A DNA stretch of 48,222 nucleotides, counting the filler, from Catajapyx aquilonaris (lineage: Eukaryota), in assembly GCA_000934665.2 (NCBI GenBank). It is 2 parts of 2 records of this genome, joined end to end, with 100 filler letters (N's around TTAATTAATTAA, not from the genome) between each part and the next. Parts side by side here need not be neighbours in the genome. Positions count along the whole stretch, not along the records: positions 24,177 to 48,222 come from JYFJ02005582.1; 1 more part is not named here. One strand, 5' to 3'. A model generated the notes under the pieces. It saw only the letters and a list, made by a program, of their open reading frames with translations. It was not told the origin of the DNA and did not search any database. Positions 46,567 through 48,222 of this stretch are shown piece after piece; within the stretch, counting starts at the first letter, position 1; every line of letters starts with the position of its first letter. Both the position numbers and the translations under genes were made by a program.

Positions 46567-48191
46567 TTACAGCTACTGCTACTTGCAAGTAGCTGTTACT
46601 CTAACGTATATAATATGGAGCTAACGCTATTTGACACAGAATGAGATGCTGATATTAGGATGTGGCACAAACATCCATGGGATCTTTCCTTTGATGGCGA
46701 GGAGTGTAAATCCCAGAAGTGCCATTCATCACGATGATGCTTCGCCATGCGTTTTCATCTTCACCCGACCGTACTTAACACGGCGAACATCAGAAAGCAC
46801 AAGCTTCAAACTCTCTGGGTCCATGTGTAAACATGCACATACTCATGGAAGGAAGAGATATATGCCCCCCCCCNAGTTTGGAGCACTAACTGTTATTTTT
46901 GGAGGGTTGCTGAAGAGTACAAAGTGACAGCTCAAGCAATATTAACTGTTAGCTTGAAGGCGAGTCAATTCATGGTTTTTTTTTTGTTAAAAAAGCAGTT
47001 ATGCAGTCATCCATAAGTTAGTCAAAAAAAACTGTTCCTGTGAGCAGTGATTTAACGCTTTTGTGACGTGAAAAGAGCGCATACTCGCTTTGAACAGGGA
47101 GCTTGTGTTTCAGACCAATTTGACGCTTGGGTGTTCGCATATTGTTGCCAAAATGTGCGTGGGGATATTTTGCACAGGCTGAGAGAGGCTTGTGAATTCA
47201 TATAGAGTTACCCAGCAACCCATGTTCATTTGAGTTATATGTAGAGGGAAGCGATTAAAGGTCAGCCTTTCCGTTACGATTAATAGCTGGAAAAAGTGGC
47301 GTTTTTTAAAAAAAAATCATATATCCATAGCTATGTGCATGGTAGTTCAGGAACTAATCGACTTTTAAAGCTGTTTTATATGCATCATATCAGCTAATGA
47401 TTGATTTATTGATAGGATTTTTATAGCTTTAAAGCGATATGCCCAAAGCTGCATCAGATAATGCACATAACATTTCCTTACTTTAAAAGAAGCTATTCGA
47501 ATAGTTAATTAAATATTACAGGGTGTGTAGTATTTTATCATTACGGATGTTTTACTGAAAAAGTAGTCTGCAAAAATCGATTTCAGACTCTCATATTAAT
47601 TATTATTATAGTAACAATATTATTACCTATATAAAATTTAATATCCCATATTACATTAGCATATGACCATTAATCATTATTATTGTTATTATTATGATAT
47701 TATAATATTATCTGGCAGAATTAAATAATAAATACTACCATAATAAATACAGTAATGTCGTATTGTGGGTAGCAACAGTGCCACATTTCATTGTATAATA
47801 ATTATTATATAAAATGTTATTTAATCTACTGTAAATTATATTACATAAGGTACCAGTATTTAATTATAATTATGTAATAAATTACGTACAATATTGTGCC
47901 ATTAATTACGTTCGTGATAAATTAATATCATGTAATAAATATATTACAGGTATATTTTTAATACAAAATATAACACTGCAAACTTTAATTATTCATATTT
48001 GATATTTGACATACCCTGACATAATATACTAATGTAAAACACGAAGTAAAAAAATGACATGGCCATGAGCAGCTTATCATCCACCTTCACTTCAAACGTT
48101 CCCTTCTTTGCAGGCATGAATGGACATGCCCGATGCGATTCATTGGTCAGATTGGTCTGCAGTAAGCCTTCCTTTAGTTATTTTATCTTTG

Positions 48192-48193
<2 letters not shown>

Positions 48194-48222
<29 letters not shown>
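48194..48222. repeat. (CT)n microsatellite
   Basis: Pure CT run to the end of the window. Confidence 0.95.

Larger units (their letters stand above)
42830..46630. repeat. Interrupted satellite family (GCTATTTTAGCAGTTACCATAATATTAGC..AATAAC), mainly 42830-43410 and 45330-46630
   Basis: Variant units of roughly 75-85 bp. 42885-43000 is inverted relative to 43080-43195. Confidence 0.8.

Overview
This is AT-rich animal (probably invertebrate) genomic DNA made of two halves joined by an artificial 100-bp spacer (44 N + TTAATTAATTAA + 44 N at 24077-24176), so the halves may not be neighbours in the genome. The left half (1-24076) is a minus-strand tandem cluster of SPOP/roadkill-like MATH-BTB genes, which are putative Cullin-3 substrate adaptors. 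Two copies are near-complete with uninterrupted CDSs (7421-8383/8454 and 17135-18136) and a third is cut by the gap (23791-24076). The paralogues share 3' non-coding sequence. A ~0.8-1.2 kb upstream module (putative promoter plus non-coding first exon) occurs three times, and one copy has no CDS directly below it. The cluster is packed with non-autonomous mobile elements: tRNA-derived SINEs with clear target-site duplications (TSDs), a hAT-type element, Tc1/mariner- and Harbinger-type MITEs, a 2.7-kb foldback element, a solo LTR and Helitron/Helentron-like pieces. The right half (24177-48222) has no recognisable intact gene and is a mosaic of minisatellites, palindromic MITEs, SINEs and a few possible decayed coding fragments. 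I cannot demonstrate a new biological system from sequence alone. The best leads are the fast-diverging MATH-BTB cluster with a homogenised BTB core and reused 5' modules, the long foldback that may lie in an intron, and a tandem element ending in four covarying triloop DNA hairpins. All similarity statements come from alignment by eye; no searches were run.
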